This document shows positions 51,901 through 59,784 of a stretch of 64,000 nt of DNA, one piece after another (within the stretch, counting starts at the first letter, position 1; every line of letters starts with the position of its first letter). The DNA is taken from NCBI GenBank assembly GCA_016208765.1, contig JACQXK010000004.1:84243-148242 (forward strand), written 5' to 3'. The DNA is from Candidatus Omnitrophota bacterium. GTDB lineage: Bacteria; Omnitrophota; Gorgyraeia; Gygaellales; Profunditerraquicolaceae. The position numbers and the translations under genes are program-made. The notes under the pieces are model-generated. The model did no database searches. It was not told the DNA's origin and worked only from the letters and a program-made list of their open reading frames with translations.

Positions 51901-54900
51901 AATTGGATGCTATTAAAGATTTTAAAAATATACCAAAATTTTGCACCATACAATAATTCATACTCCCGCCAACATGAACAAAAATTGTTGGGCAATCTTT
52001 ATGCTTTTGCAATATCTCAATTATTTTTAGGCTATCAATATCCCCATGAGGATTAAACTCCTGTAATGGATCATACACATACCCTGCAAATTCTAGCCAC
52101 TTCAACGTTGACAAAGAATCTGCTTTTTTTATTATTAAATGGGTATATAAAAGATATGTAGGAATATTTCCTCTAATTAGTTTCTTAATATCTTCTTCTA
52201 TTTCTGCTGCACCTGCGATTTTCACCACCGAAGAAGCGCCCTCATCGGAATTAAATATTGTGTCCCCGGAATTGCAGGAATTGTGCGAACCAGGGATAGA
52301 ATTGGCAAGATCAACCCAATCCCGCAATCTTCTTTGATTCTGCGTGTCCTTAAATGCTGCTACTATCAAACGAAAAGCACTACGTACTTGCTCGGAGGTA
52401 AGCAAATCTGTCTCTGTATGGAAAAAATTACGATCAGGAAAATTATCTACAGGCCCGAACTTTTTCCCGCCAACAAATCTTACTCTCCCCTGGAAATCTA
52501 AACCGGGATATGGAATAAGAGTTGCAAGCTCAATGAAGTTTGGCTGGCTTATACTAATAAAATCAATTGTTTTCTGGACTGAGGCAATTGTCTGTCCAGG
52601 AAGGCCAACCAAATAATAATGCCCTATAAAAAGGCCCAGGTCTTGTGCCCATTTAGTAACTAATCTAACCGTCTTTAAATCCACTCCCTTACCTATTTTA
52701 TTCAACAAATCCTGGTCACCTGTTTCCACTCCAATATTTATGCCTACAAGGCCAGCCTGCTGCATCAACTTTAGTAGCTCCCGAGAAAGACAATCAGCCC
52801 TGCTATGACAAATCCATTTTATGCCTAAACCTACTCTGATGAATTCTTGGCACAGAGACGTTATTCTCTGTGGATTTAAAGTAAAGGTGTCATCAAAGAA
52901 GACAATAAAAAAAATGCCTTGCGAACGCAAATATATTAATTCTTGCATAACATGAGGAATGCTTCTTGATTTAATGGCCTTGCCCCAAACATTTGAAGCA
53001 CAGAAAATACACCCATAAGGACAACCAAAGGAAGTCATCATTCCGAATCTAGAAATATTTCTACTATCTCCTAATGCATCTTTTAACAAATCAAGGCTAT
53101 TGGCAGCAAAGGGGAAATCATCAGGCCTAAAATGAATTATTTGTTTCCTGTTGTCTACGATTGCCGTGGTTTGTTTATTCCCTGATTTGTCTTTAAATAT
53201 GATCCCCTGAACACGAGATAACTGGTCAGACACAAAACCATACTTAGCCAAAATATATACTGCTCTCACCAATGCTTCCTCTGCCTGCCCCGCAAAACCA
53301 ATATCAAATTCACTTGCTTGTAAAACCTCTATTGGCAAGAGAGTAAAATGAGGCCCTCCAATTAAAGTAATAATTTCTGGATTATACTCTTTGGCTATCC
53401 CTGCGGCTTGGACTGCTTCTCTGATAGACACCGAAGTTGCAGTAACACCAACAATATCAGGATTAAATTCAGCAAATACATTTTTTAGTCTTAATCGCGC
53501 AGCTTCGCCCCTTAGTCTATCAAACCCTGTCATTAAACATAATATTTTAACCTCATATTCAGGCATTCTGCTTCCCGGGAATATCTTGCTGAATAATTGA
53601 GGATCACGCAAAATACTGGACAAATATGTGCTGACTATAGAATCTGCGCGTAAATTAGGTAAAGGCTGGGTATCAATTAATAGAATTCTTTTGTTCACCG
53701 CCGAGGAGGCACCTCGCTTACCCACTGTCCCGATTGATTCGGAAACAGTTTCCAAGTTGTTCGGGAAACTGGGCTCTTTTAGCACCGCCGAGGATGCACC
53801 CTCATCGGAATTAAATATTGTGTCCCCGGAATTGTTCAATGTTGTGCCCCAGAAACTACCCACAGCCGAGGATGAGCGACTTCTACGGTAACTGACTTCA
53901 TTTCTGGCATGTCTCCGGAAAACTTCTTGGCAGCCGAAAATAAGCGTATCCAAAACTGGCTGTATCGCACGTATTTCTTCAGGATTTTCGTCTCGCCAGC
54001 CGATTAAATCTACAAATGTCAAGGCGCGGCTAAGATTAACTTTTGCACCCTTGCGGATTTCTTCATTATGTAGCTGTTCACAAATATTTTCTCCGATGAA
54101 AGCTAATTGATGACGAAAATCTAATTCACCATCTTTCATTTTCATTTTATTTGCCACTATATAATAGTAATAGTAAAAAATACAGGCATGCCCCCAATAA
54201 AGCGTTGTAATAATTTTTGCGCTATTTTCAATGTCTGCAAAACCATATTCAAAGCGACAGTATTTTCTTTCTTCAAGATACTCTGCCTGTTTCCTGAATC
54301 TAACTGTTTTACCCGTCTTTTTAAACTGTATTCTTTTATCTGAAACGTAAGCAACAACTACATCAAACATCAGCCACTCTAAATCTCTTAACAACATTTT
54401 TTTTATATCTTTGTGAATTAAATTATACTGATAGGCACGAACACCGACATTCACCTGCACAGAAACTATGTCTTCTTTTCTCAAACAAGCATTTTGCATA
54501 ATCTTACCTAAAGTAAGAACCTGGATAGCAGGACTCCATGCAGGACGAGTTTTGATTTCAACCAGGTTCAAATGTTTATCTTCATCTTCCCAAGAAGTAC
54601 CACAACATTCTTCTTTGGTAGGCAGGATAGCTGCTATTCCCCTGAGGTTGCATTCATTTTCTGAATGTCTCTGGCTAAGCTCTATTTCCAAACCTATCGG
54701 GATAGCCACGAGTTGTCTAAATTCGCTCTCGGTTCTTACTACACGACTATAATTTATACCTAACGACATCAAATCTTTGCCACCTTGAGTGAGACTAAAT
54801 GCTCCCTTGTCCACCGCCGAGGAGGCACCTCGCTTACCCACTGTCCCGATTGATTTGGAAACAGTTTCCAAGTTATTCGGGAAACTGGGCTTTTTTAGCA

Positions 54901-57900
54901 CCGCCGAGGATGCGCCGTCGTTAGAATTAAGTATTATGTCCCCGGAATTGCCCCCATGAACCTTATCCTCAAATATTCTTTTAAGCACCCTGAAGTCCTT
55001 CGCCCAAGCCAAATCATCTTGAACTAATATTTCCCCGATTATTTTCAAGGCTGCATCTAAACCACCGGAAATTTTAGTAAAATGTTTAGCCAAAAATTTG
55101 CCTACGCAATGAGAGAAAAAACTATCGTCATTCTTTATGTCATCTCTTAATTCCTGGAAAGACAGATGATCATTAAGCGCCTCAAAGATTATTTCCTCTT
55201 TAGTTTCTTGTAAAACATTTACCAAAGGAATCTGTTTAATATGTGCATAACGGGTAATCGGATTTTCTCCATTTTGTCCAATCATCATTATTGCTGTGAA
55301 GACTTTTTCCTCTTTTCTGTAATCATAATTTTCCCAAAGCTGAGGAACTGCCAACATCTGGGAAATGACATCTAAGGTTTCGTGAACACCAGCATCTACT
55401 TTGGTAACTCTGCCTTTTAATATTTGGCATAAAACAAGATGCCCTATTTCTGCTGCAACATATTTCAGCCTACATTCTTGCATCCTTACAGGTCGGCCAA
55501 GATTAATTCTTTCTTCATGTGGGAGTGAAGTTATTGCTTCAGCATTACCAAAAACAATTTCATTACTAATTATTATCAAAAACATCCTGCCATCCCATAA
55601 TAAAGGCCTTCTAAAAATCCCACTAGTAAACAACGCAGGATAACCTTTATAACCAAAGATCCTTGATGGACCACTGATTATCTTATAAGATTTCTTTATT
55701 TTTTCATAAAGAGCCTCCTCACAAAGGCCGAGCCTATACAACATCTTAATAATGTGGGCATCCGCAAACAATCTTAAATATTCTGGTTCATGAACAATCT
55801 CCCAAAAGTTAGATACCCAAAGCTTAATTTTAATCTTTGTTTCTTGTTTCAAATCAGTACGATTTGATTTTTTAATAATATCCATAGCGCCATTTCCTTC
55901 TGTCTTTATGGCAGAACTAGAGTTATAATGGAGCTGTCCCCTGTCTTCTGTCGCCGAGGAGGCGCCGCTTGTTAGCTTACCCACTGTCCCGATTGATTTG
56001 GAAACAGTTTCCCTAACAATCTGGAAACTGTTTCCGGTCTCCAAATTAAGTATTGCACCTCCGGAATTACCTACCGGAGAGCTGGTAACGCGACGATATA
56101 AATGCATATTTCCAAATACGCCTATTTCTTGAATGTCTTTATCAACGTCAAGTGTCCCCGGTGGAATTAACCCACTAATTAATGGATCTCTAAGGTCAAA
56201 ACCTGCCAGATACATGACTGCGCCATTTTTCATTTGCATAATACTGAGTAAAAGCGCCAGGGAAAAAAATGAGCCATCTTCTAACGGGGGATAGATATGA
56301 AATACATCATACAATCTAAGATCTTGACTGCTGCAATCATTAAAGACCAAATGGACTCGGCCTGGATCAATCGCACCTAACTGAACAAGTTTAGAATAAA
56401 TTGCAGATTCTTCATTATGTATCCATTTATTAATCTCAAAACGCGTTGCATCTATGCCCGTTACCGCATTGACTAACATAGCTAATAATCCACCTCCAAA
56501 AAGACTGCAAAATTTTTCATTCTTACTGAAATATCCTTCCTCTTGTAAATACCGAATAAAATTTAAAGCGCTCTCATAGCCTATTGCCGAATGAAGAGAC
56601 GTATGATAACCGGGGCACTCAGCAATCCTGTCCAGGTATGCCTTGTATTCTTTTATAACTGCAGCTATTTTTTCTTCGGCAGTTAGTTGAGTTGTCGGCG
56701 GGATAGAACCATCTTCCACCACAGAGGAGGCGATACTTGGGCCGACAGGAAAATGCTCATCTATAATGAACTCTTTTAAAGAAAATCTCTCGGCTATAGC
56801 ACCTAGATCTGCCTCTTTCCTGCTTATACCGGCTTGACCAGTGTAAACAAGATAACCCTGAATTGCCTGAGCATATTTTCCTTCCCAAATCAAAATCGCA
56901 ATAGTAAGCCTTGCGCGCACATCTTCGCTAAACTCCCGAAAATCCATCGCCTGCCGCAATCTTGACAAGATCTGCATCCAATACTTCCCTGTAACTAAAC
57001 TAAGGTCGGTTTTAATATTATTAGCCAGATTGCTCTGCGTCATTAGCCTGAATCTCCCTGGATTCTTACAAAAATATTTAATGATGTAATGTACTGCCTT
57101 ATTGACAACCCTTTCTTGCCTCGGACTTAGAAGCGCAGAAACAATCTCATTTTTATCAGAGCAACTATCTTCTCCTGCATGCAACACAGACACAGGAGCC
57201 GCAGGCAAAAGAAGCGGGGATCTTTCTCTTTGAGTAGTGCAACCCCTGCCAAATGAAGGCTGGCTTCTTCTAATGAACGCCCTTCTCTTGGCTAACAAAT
57301 GATAAACCCTAATCGCCTCCCGATGCCAAAAAATACTACAAATATCTCCCGAAATAAAACCGGGATGATTTCGCTTCACAAAATCATAATACGATAACTT
57401 TAGATCCTGATCGCTGATGTAGCCTTCCTCTTCCTTGCTCCTTGGATAAAAACCAAATAACCAATATGAACTTAGGCGGGGCTTTTTTGACGGCAAATAT
57501 ACACGGTATCTCCGGGACGAATAATATAAGTACGGGTCTTCTCTCATAATATCAAACGCCCATATATTAATCCCGCAACGGATCCTTCCGGTAACCAGTA
57601 ACTCAACCGTAAACCTGCTCGTATATCTTTGCACCCTGCCTATTGGCATTAAAGCTTTTCCAACCGCATGAACTGTCTTGGTCTTTAACAAAATTTCATA
57701 TGCCTGAGCGGTCAAAACAAAGAATTCGTTGAATTTTTCTAATAAACCTTTCTTAACCAAAGCACGACTGGTAATTTGGAAAAAAACTTCACTTAATCCT
57801 GTGGCTTTAACGAATAATTTAGGTGAGTTATGCTTCCTGGAAACAGCAAAAAACACTAATACCTGCGCTGCATTAGCAAAGCGCTTGCCTGAGGAACAAA

Positions 57901-57955
57901 TATCCTTTTGGAGACAATACCTTCTCCAAACCCGCCGCACAAGAAACGCCTTCAT
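48911..57955 (-). CDS. Giant multidomain gene, segment 3 (3014 aa): unknown domains, methyltransferase-like, peptidase-like, amidoligase-like, B12-binding radical SAM, transglutaminase-like, radical SAM/SPASM
   Basis: GCPYGCIFC with IGGPH, CNLNCKHC with GEPL, DC..GHMW..FD and GLEIE..EIKT. Domains are separated by repeat linkers. Confidence 0.8.
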   Translation of the reverse strand: MKAFLVRRVWRRYCLQKDICSSGKRFANAAQVLVFFAVSRKHNSPKLFVKATGLSEVFFQITSRALVKKGLLEKFNEFFVLTAQAYEILLKTKTVHAVGKALMPIGRVQRYTSRFTVELLVTGRIRCGINIWAFDIMREDPYLYYSSRRYRVYLPSKKPRLSSYWLFGFYPRSKEEEGYISDQDLKLSYYDFVKRNHPGFISGDICSIFWHREAIRVYHLLAKRRAFIRRSQPSFGRGCTTQRERSPLLLPAAPVSVLHAGEDSCSDKNEIVSALLSPRQERVVNKAVHYIIKYFCKNPGRFRLMTQSNLANNIKTDLSLVTGKYWMQILSRLRQAMDFREFSEDVRARLTIAILIWEGKYAQAIQGYLVYTGQAGISRKEADLGAIAERFSLKEFIIDEHFPVGPSIASSVVEDGSIPPTTQLTAEEKIAAVIKEYKAYLDRIAECPGYHTSLHSAIGYESALNFIRYLQEEGYFSKNEKFCSLFGGGLLAMLVNAVTGIDATRFEINKWIHNEESAIYSKLVQLGAIDPGRVHLVFNDCSSQDLRLYDVFHIYPPLEDGSFFSLALLLSIMQMKNGAVMYLAGFDLRDPLISGLIPPGTLDVDKDIQEIGVFGNMHLYRRVTSSPVGNSGGAILNLETGNSFQIVRETVSKSIGTVGKLTSGASSATEDRGQLHYNSSSAIKTEGNGAMDIIKKSNRTDLKQETKIKIKLWVSNFWEIVHEPEYLRLFADAHIIKMLYRLGLCEEALYEKIKKSYKIISGPSRIFGYKGYPALFTSGIFRRPLLWDGRMFLIIISNEIVFGNAEAITSLPHEERINLGRPVRMQECRLKYVAAEIGHLVLCQILKGRVTKVDAGVHETLDVISQMLAVPQLWENYDYRKEEKVFTAIMMIGQNGENPITRYAHIKQIPLVNVLQETKEEIIFEALNDHLSFQELRDDIKNDDSFFSHCVGKFLAKHFTKISGGLDAALKIIGEILVQDDLAWAKDFRVLKRIFEDKVHGGNSGDIILNSNDGASSAVLKKPSFPNNLETVSKSIGTVGKRGASSAVDKGAFSLTQGGKDLMSLGINYSRVVRTESEFRQLVAIPIGLEIELSQRHSENECNLRGIAAILPTKEECCGTSWEDEDKHLNLVEIKTRPAWSPAIQVLTLGKIMQNACLRKEDIVSVQVNVGVRAYQYNLIHKDIKKMLLRDLEWLMFDVVVAYVSDKRIQFKKTGKTVRFRKQAEYLEERKYCRFEYGFADIENSAKIITTLYWGHACIFYYYYYIVANKMKMKDGELDFRHQLAFIGENICEQLHNEEIRKGAKVNLSRALTFVDLIGWRDENPEEIRAIQPVLDTLIFGCQEVFRRHARNEVSYRRSRSSSAVGSFWGTTLNNSGDTIFNSDEGASSAVLKEPSFPNNLETVSESIGTVGKRGASSAVNKRILLIDTQPLPNLRADSIVSTYLSSILRDPQLFSKIFPGSRMPEYEVKILCLMTGFDRLRGEAARLRLKNVFAEFNPDIVGVTATSVSIREAVQAAGIAKEYNPEIITLIGGPHFTLLPIEVLQASEFDIGFAGQAEEALVRAVYILAKYGFVSDQLSRVQGIIFKDKSGNKQTTAIVDNRKQIIHFRPDDFPFAANSLDLLKDALGDSRNISRFGMMTSFGCPYGCIFCASNVWGKAIKSRSIPHVMQELIYLRSQGIFFIVFFDDTFTLNPQRITSLCQEFIRVGLGIKWICHSRADCLSRELLKLMQQAGLVGINIGVETGDQDLLNKIGKGVDLKTVRLVTKWAQDLGLFIGHYYLVGLPGQTIASVQKTIDFISISQPNFIELATLIPYPGLDFQGRVRFVGGKKFGPVDNFPDRNFFHTETDLLTSEQVRSAFRLIVAAFKDTQNQRRLRDWVDLANSIPGSHNSCNSGDTIFNSDEGASSVVKIAGAAEIEEDIKKLIRGNIPTYLLYTHLIIKKADSLSTLKWLEFAGYVYDPLQEFNPHGDIDSLKIIEILQKHKDCPTIFVHVGGSMNYCMVQNFGIFLKSLIASNYLKGGYKIYFHIPLMLTDYFFISHRFGLEEIFTGRGRKQGSYIQYLEEAGLFSCVYFNGDSIIFKEDCNGILCNNIDSNIVILLWDKIELMQEWFRLYSIFLRRGGRNSGDAMLNLTAVSSPLEKRIESSVVLDWNKNDIFERRGNVLLIANKRYKQFRPLTNKLSNLTEVNLKDYSINYPIQDIFDGRIVVDPLVHNFVGVLLHEIVGENDCGVISRAILLLFYSHFDQFEKFGKYKIKNVQAIWTESIVYGHMWVRVLFYGQEDWVIFDFKPNFRKPNVFYEKSTRNQNIDYFSVDKEIDMQIMRFEDCSFNFAAGASSALENEGQFHRNSSSAIKKEGNGVGSEVAAIDSCLSSGVGGEAESFSLKVKWKNALESFLSRSGTQFNYEENILTRQYDRVLKILNGEFDFLPYEIEVQPSGGCNLNCKHCIGEKERCKIQKKMSPLWLLELLCNFFLANEEAAPSLRTKVIKFSGIFGEPLVNKKTTLLGIAAASRLGFDVGLFTNGVLMSQEVRETLVNYAKYVHISLDAYGNDSFFELKEGRRGDFERIMRNIEELVNMRNQSGSKLAINVGYVIGKENFKGIVQITERLKKAGVDLIRFKVNIRPDQACLLNDRDKKEIIESLNLSMAFSDGRFKVETIHDERDISRGIGKPDYDRCWFAYFCTCLGATSEIYPCDHRAFSRGGSLGEGFASVDGWERMGGIFKKWFNPKMECTVCPPMGNRVNRLLQFLHEQNVAYPVIFFNWFKDEFLPALFYKRIEALREAGNYGEIEYLQTILATGIAAGVTYKEAALEETREYFWPLKDMIPPEIEARRIYPDSEIRWQKAEVSHLWTALVSPEPDTIIKVNSDGKISLEAAVKLDVWEAIFRTKPEALDYAARHIQGMFELYAEKDFRPFVCGNPPFHIYLPGDEDFAMWLGVAITAKKEPTLDDLGHPTAVFPARLDEKRSFSYYGDEYFIFKGEIDLATLNLPPGTYALTLRFGEMIKQIDINI
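50874..50950 (-). repeat. Linker repeat copy (distal modules)
   Basis: GASSALENEGQFHRNSSSAIKKEGNG. Confidence 0.9.
52223..52273 (-). repeat. Linker repeat copy (proximal modules)
   Basis: NSGDTIFNSDEGASSVV. Confidence 0.9.
53696..53873 (-). repeat. Linker repeat copy
   Basis: SSAVGSFWGTTLNNSGDTIFNSDEGASSAVLKEPSFPNNLETVSESIGTVGKRGASSAV. Confidence 0.93.
54812..54949 (-). repeat. Linker repeat copy
   Basis: NSGDIILNSNDGASSAVLKKPSFPNNLETVSKSIGTVGKRGASSAV. Confidence 0.93.
55890..56083 (-). repeat. Linker repeat copy with an inverted pair of GGAAAC-W-GTTTCC palindromes
   Basis: SSPVGNSGGAILNLETGNSFQIVRETVSKSIGTVGKLTSGASSATEDRGQLHYNSSSAIKTEGNG. Confidence 0.92.
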
Positions 57956-59714
57956 CAGAATCAGATGCTACATCATCAGGAATACCCGAGAATATGTCTC
58001 TGGAAATAATTGGGCTGCTTGCATCTATCCTGTCCGCGCGGAATATCAGGCTGACAACCGTAGAATTAGGGACAAGATTGACAATACTCACATGCCCGTC
58101 TAAAAAAGCTTTGGCAAAATTCAACACATGAGTTAGCCCTAAACCATTGGCTCCCTGCTCTCCTTTCTTATTTTTGCTTCTGCCGAGGCCTTCAACAAAA
58201 AATAATGCAACTAACCCATTCATTTCAACATAATTATCTATATCTTTCAATGCCCTCTCAAGATCGATCAGGCGCTCAAATCTATGAGAATTATTCTTCA
58301 GGTATTCTCCTTGCTCAGGTATCCCGAGGATTTCAACGATAAGTTGACCTGTTATTTTGTCGCGCCAAAGCTTTTTTCTATCGGCCTGTTTTTTTATTTT
58401 TGAATATAGCTCGTCCAGAACAAAATGATCTATATTCCCCTGGTTCTCAACGCTTAACTTAAATACACCTGTAGTTGGTTCTGATAAATTTATCCTGATA
58501 ACGCCTGACAAGTTTTCATCGTGGGCATTCTTCAAAAGCTCCCCAATTAAGAATCTCAGCATGAATTCAAGACCTTTCTCAAGAATAAGTTGCCTGTCTG
58601 CGTAGTTAATTATGCCTGCGGTATCAAGTTTCCAATAAACTTTGAGGCGTTGATTAACACCAGAGTATTCAATAGAATTGTGTTTTAAGAAAGGGAATCC
58701 GTCTATAATATGATTTAGCAAATCAGAAAAGTCAATTTCTGCTAAAAACGTATATTTGCTGAATGACCTTATTCTATTTATAGCCTTATTTTCTGCCAAG
58801 AGTTGTTCATTATCAAGACCGTTTCCTTCTTTCTTTATGGCAGAGCTGGAGTTATAATGGAGCTGCCCCTTGTCTTCTGCCGCCGAGGAGGCGCTTCGTG
58901 AATAGAGGGCTCTTAAAGCAACGTGGAGCAGAAAGGCCCTCCCATACCATTGATTATAGCCTATATCGAGTTTCCTAAAGATACTCATAAGCGCCTTATC
59001 AACTTCAACGGTTCGCGCGGAGAGCTCGGAAGAATCATTGATTATACATGAGAGAAGATTATCTCCAATTATACTGAGTTCTTCCTCAACTCTGCCTATG
59101 CCTTTCCAGAAGGCAGCTTCGTACTTCTCTTGCATAGAGAATAAACTCCCAGACTCAGGATACATCAACCTCCCTATTGATCTTTGCTCTGCCAACAATT
59201 CTTTATTAGCCAAGAGCACAAATACACCTTCTTCTCTCCAGAAAGAAAAGGACACCCCTGCAGGATAGGTAAGATAACTAAACTTACCCCAATTATTTCT
59301 GAAAGACATCAAATCGACGTTCTCAAAACAATCCAATAATAGCTCTATGTTCCTAGCAATGCATAGTTGTGCTTCAGCGTCAACCAGAACCCTATCTGCA
59401 GGATAATTGTCCTCTGGGCCATATGGCCCCTCTTTTACAAGTTTTCCAAAAGGTTCGCGCAAAAACTCCGGCAGCTCAAGTTCTTTTAGATATCTTAAAT
59501 TATGCTTGAATCTCCCAAGCTTATTTAAAACCGCTCCATCCTTTATATCCGAAAAATCAAATGTACGGCAATACCTGACCTTTGATAAAAATTGTAACGT
59601 ACGTGATGGCTCCAATGCAGAAATTCCAAATTCTGCACCTAAATATGGTCCGGCCGCACATTGCAGGGTTATCGGTCCTTTAGCGTGGTAATCAAGCCTC
59701 TTCTTAAATTCCAC
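57873..59714 (-). CDS. Giant multidomain gene, segment 2: unknown domain plus HATPase-like domain
   Basis: ELLKNAHD, SVENQG and GLGLTHV. The apparent start is the Val codon of an SSAV linker. Confidence 0.7.
   Translation of the reverse strand: MEFKKRLDYHAKGPITLQCAAGPYLGAEFGISALEPSRTLQFLSKVRYCRTFDFSDIKDGAVLNKLGRFKHNLRYLKELELPEFLREPFGKLVKEGPYGPEDNYPADRVLVDAEAQLCIARNIELLLDCFENVDLMSFRNNWGKFSYLTYPAGVSFSFWREEGVFVLLANKELLAEQRSIGRLMYPESGSLFSMQEKYEAAFWKGIGRVEEELSIIGDNLLSCIINDSSELSARTVEVDKALMSIFRKLDIGYNQWYGRAFLLHVALRALYSRSASSAAEDKGQLHYNSSSAIKKEGNGLDNEQLLAENKAINRIRSFSKYTFLAEIDFSDLLNHIIDGFPFLKHNSIEYSGVNQRLKVYWKLDTAGIINYADRQLILEKGLEFMLRFLIGELLKNAHDENLSGVIRINLSEPTTGVFKLSVENQGNIDHFVLDELYSKIKKQADRKKLWRDKITGQLIVEILGIPEQGEYLKNNSHRFERLIDLERALKDIDNYVEMNGLVALFFVEGLGRSKNKKGEQGANGLGLTHVLNFAKAFLDGHVSIVNLVPNSTVVSLIFRADRIDASSPIISRDIFSGIPDDVASDSDEGVSCAAGLEKVLSPKGYLFLRQALC
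58819..58894 (-). repeat. Linker repeat copy (distal modules)
   Basis: SASSAAEDKGQLHYNSSSAIKKEGNG. Confidence 0.92.
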
Positions 59715-59784
59715 TGCCGAAGAGGCAGGACCGTTTCCTTCTTTCTTTATGGCAGAGCTAGAGTTATAATGGAGCTGTCCCTTG
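59712..59784 (-). repeat. Linker repeat copy at the frame break between segments 1 and 2
   Basis: Reads KGQLHYNSSSAIKKEGNGPASSAV in the frame of the downstream ORF. Confidence 0.9.

Noticed and set aside
46480-53891. Plus-strand ORFs with similar sequences (46480, 47098, 53628)
   Set aside because: They are antisense readings of the linker repeat, not a separate gene family.
59779-59781. Homopolymer phase variation (G3 versus G4) as the cause of the frame break
   Set aside because: The run is too short for slippage. The copy at 58861-58875 aligns without a gap, so the break may instead be a deletion at the cargo/linker junction.
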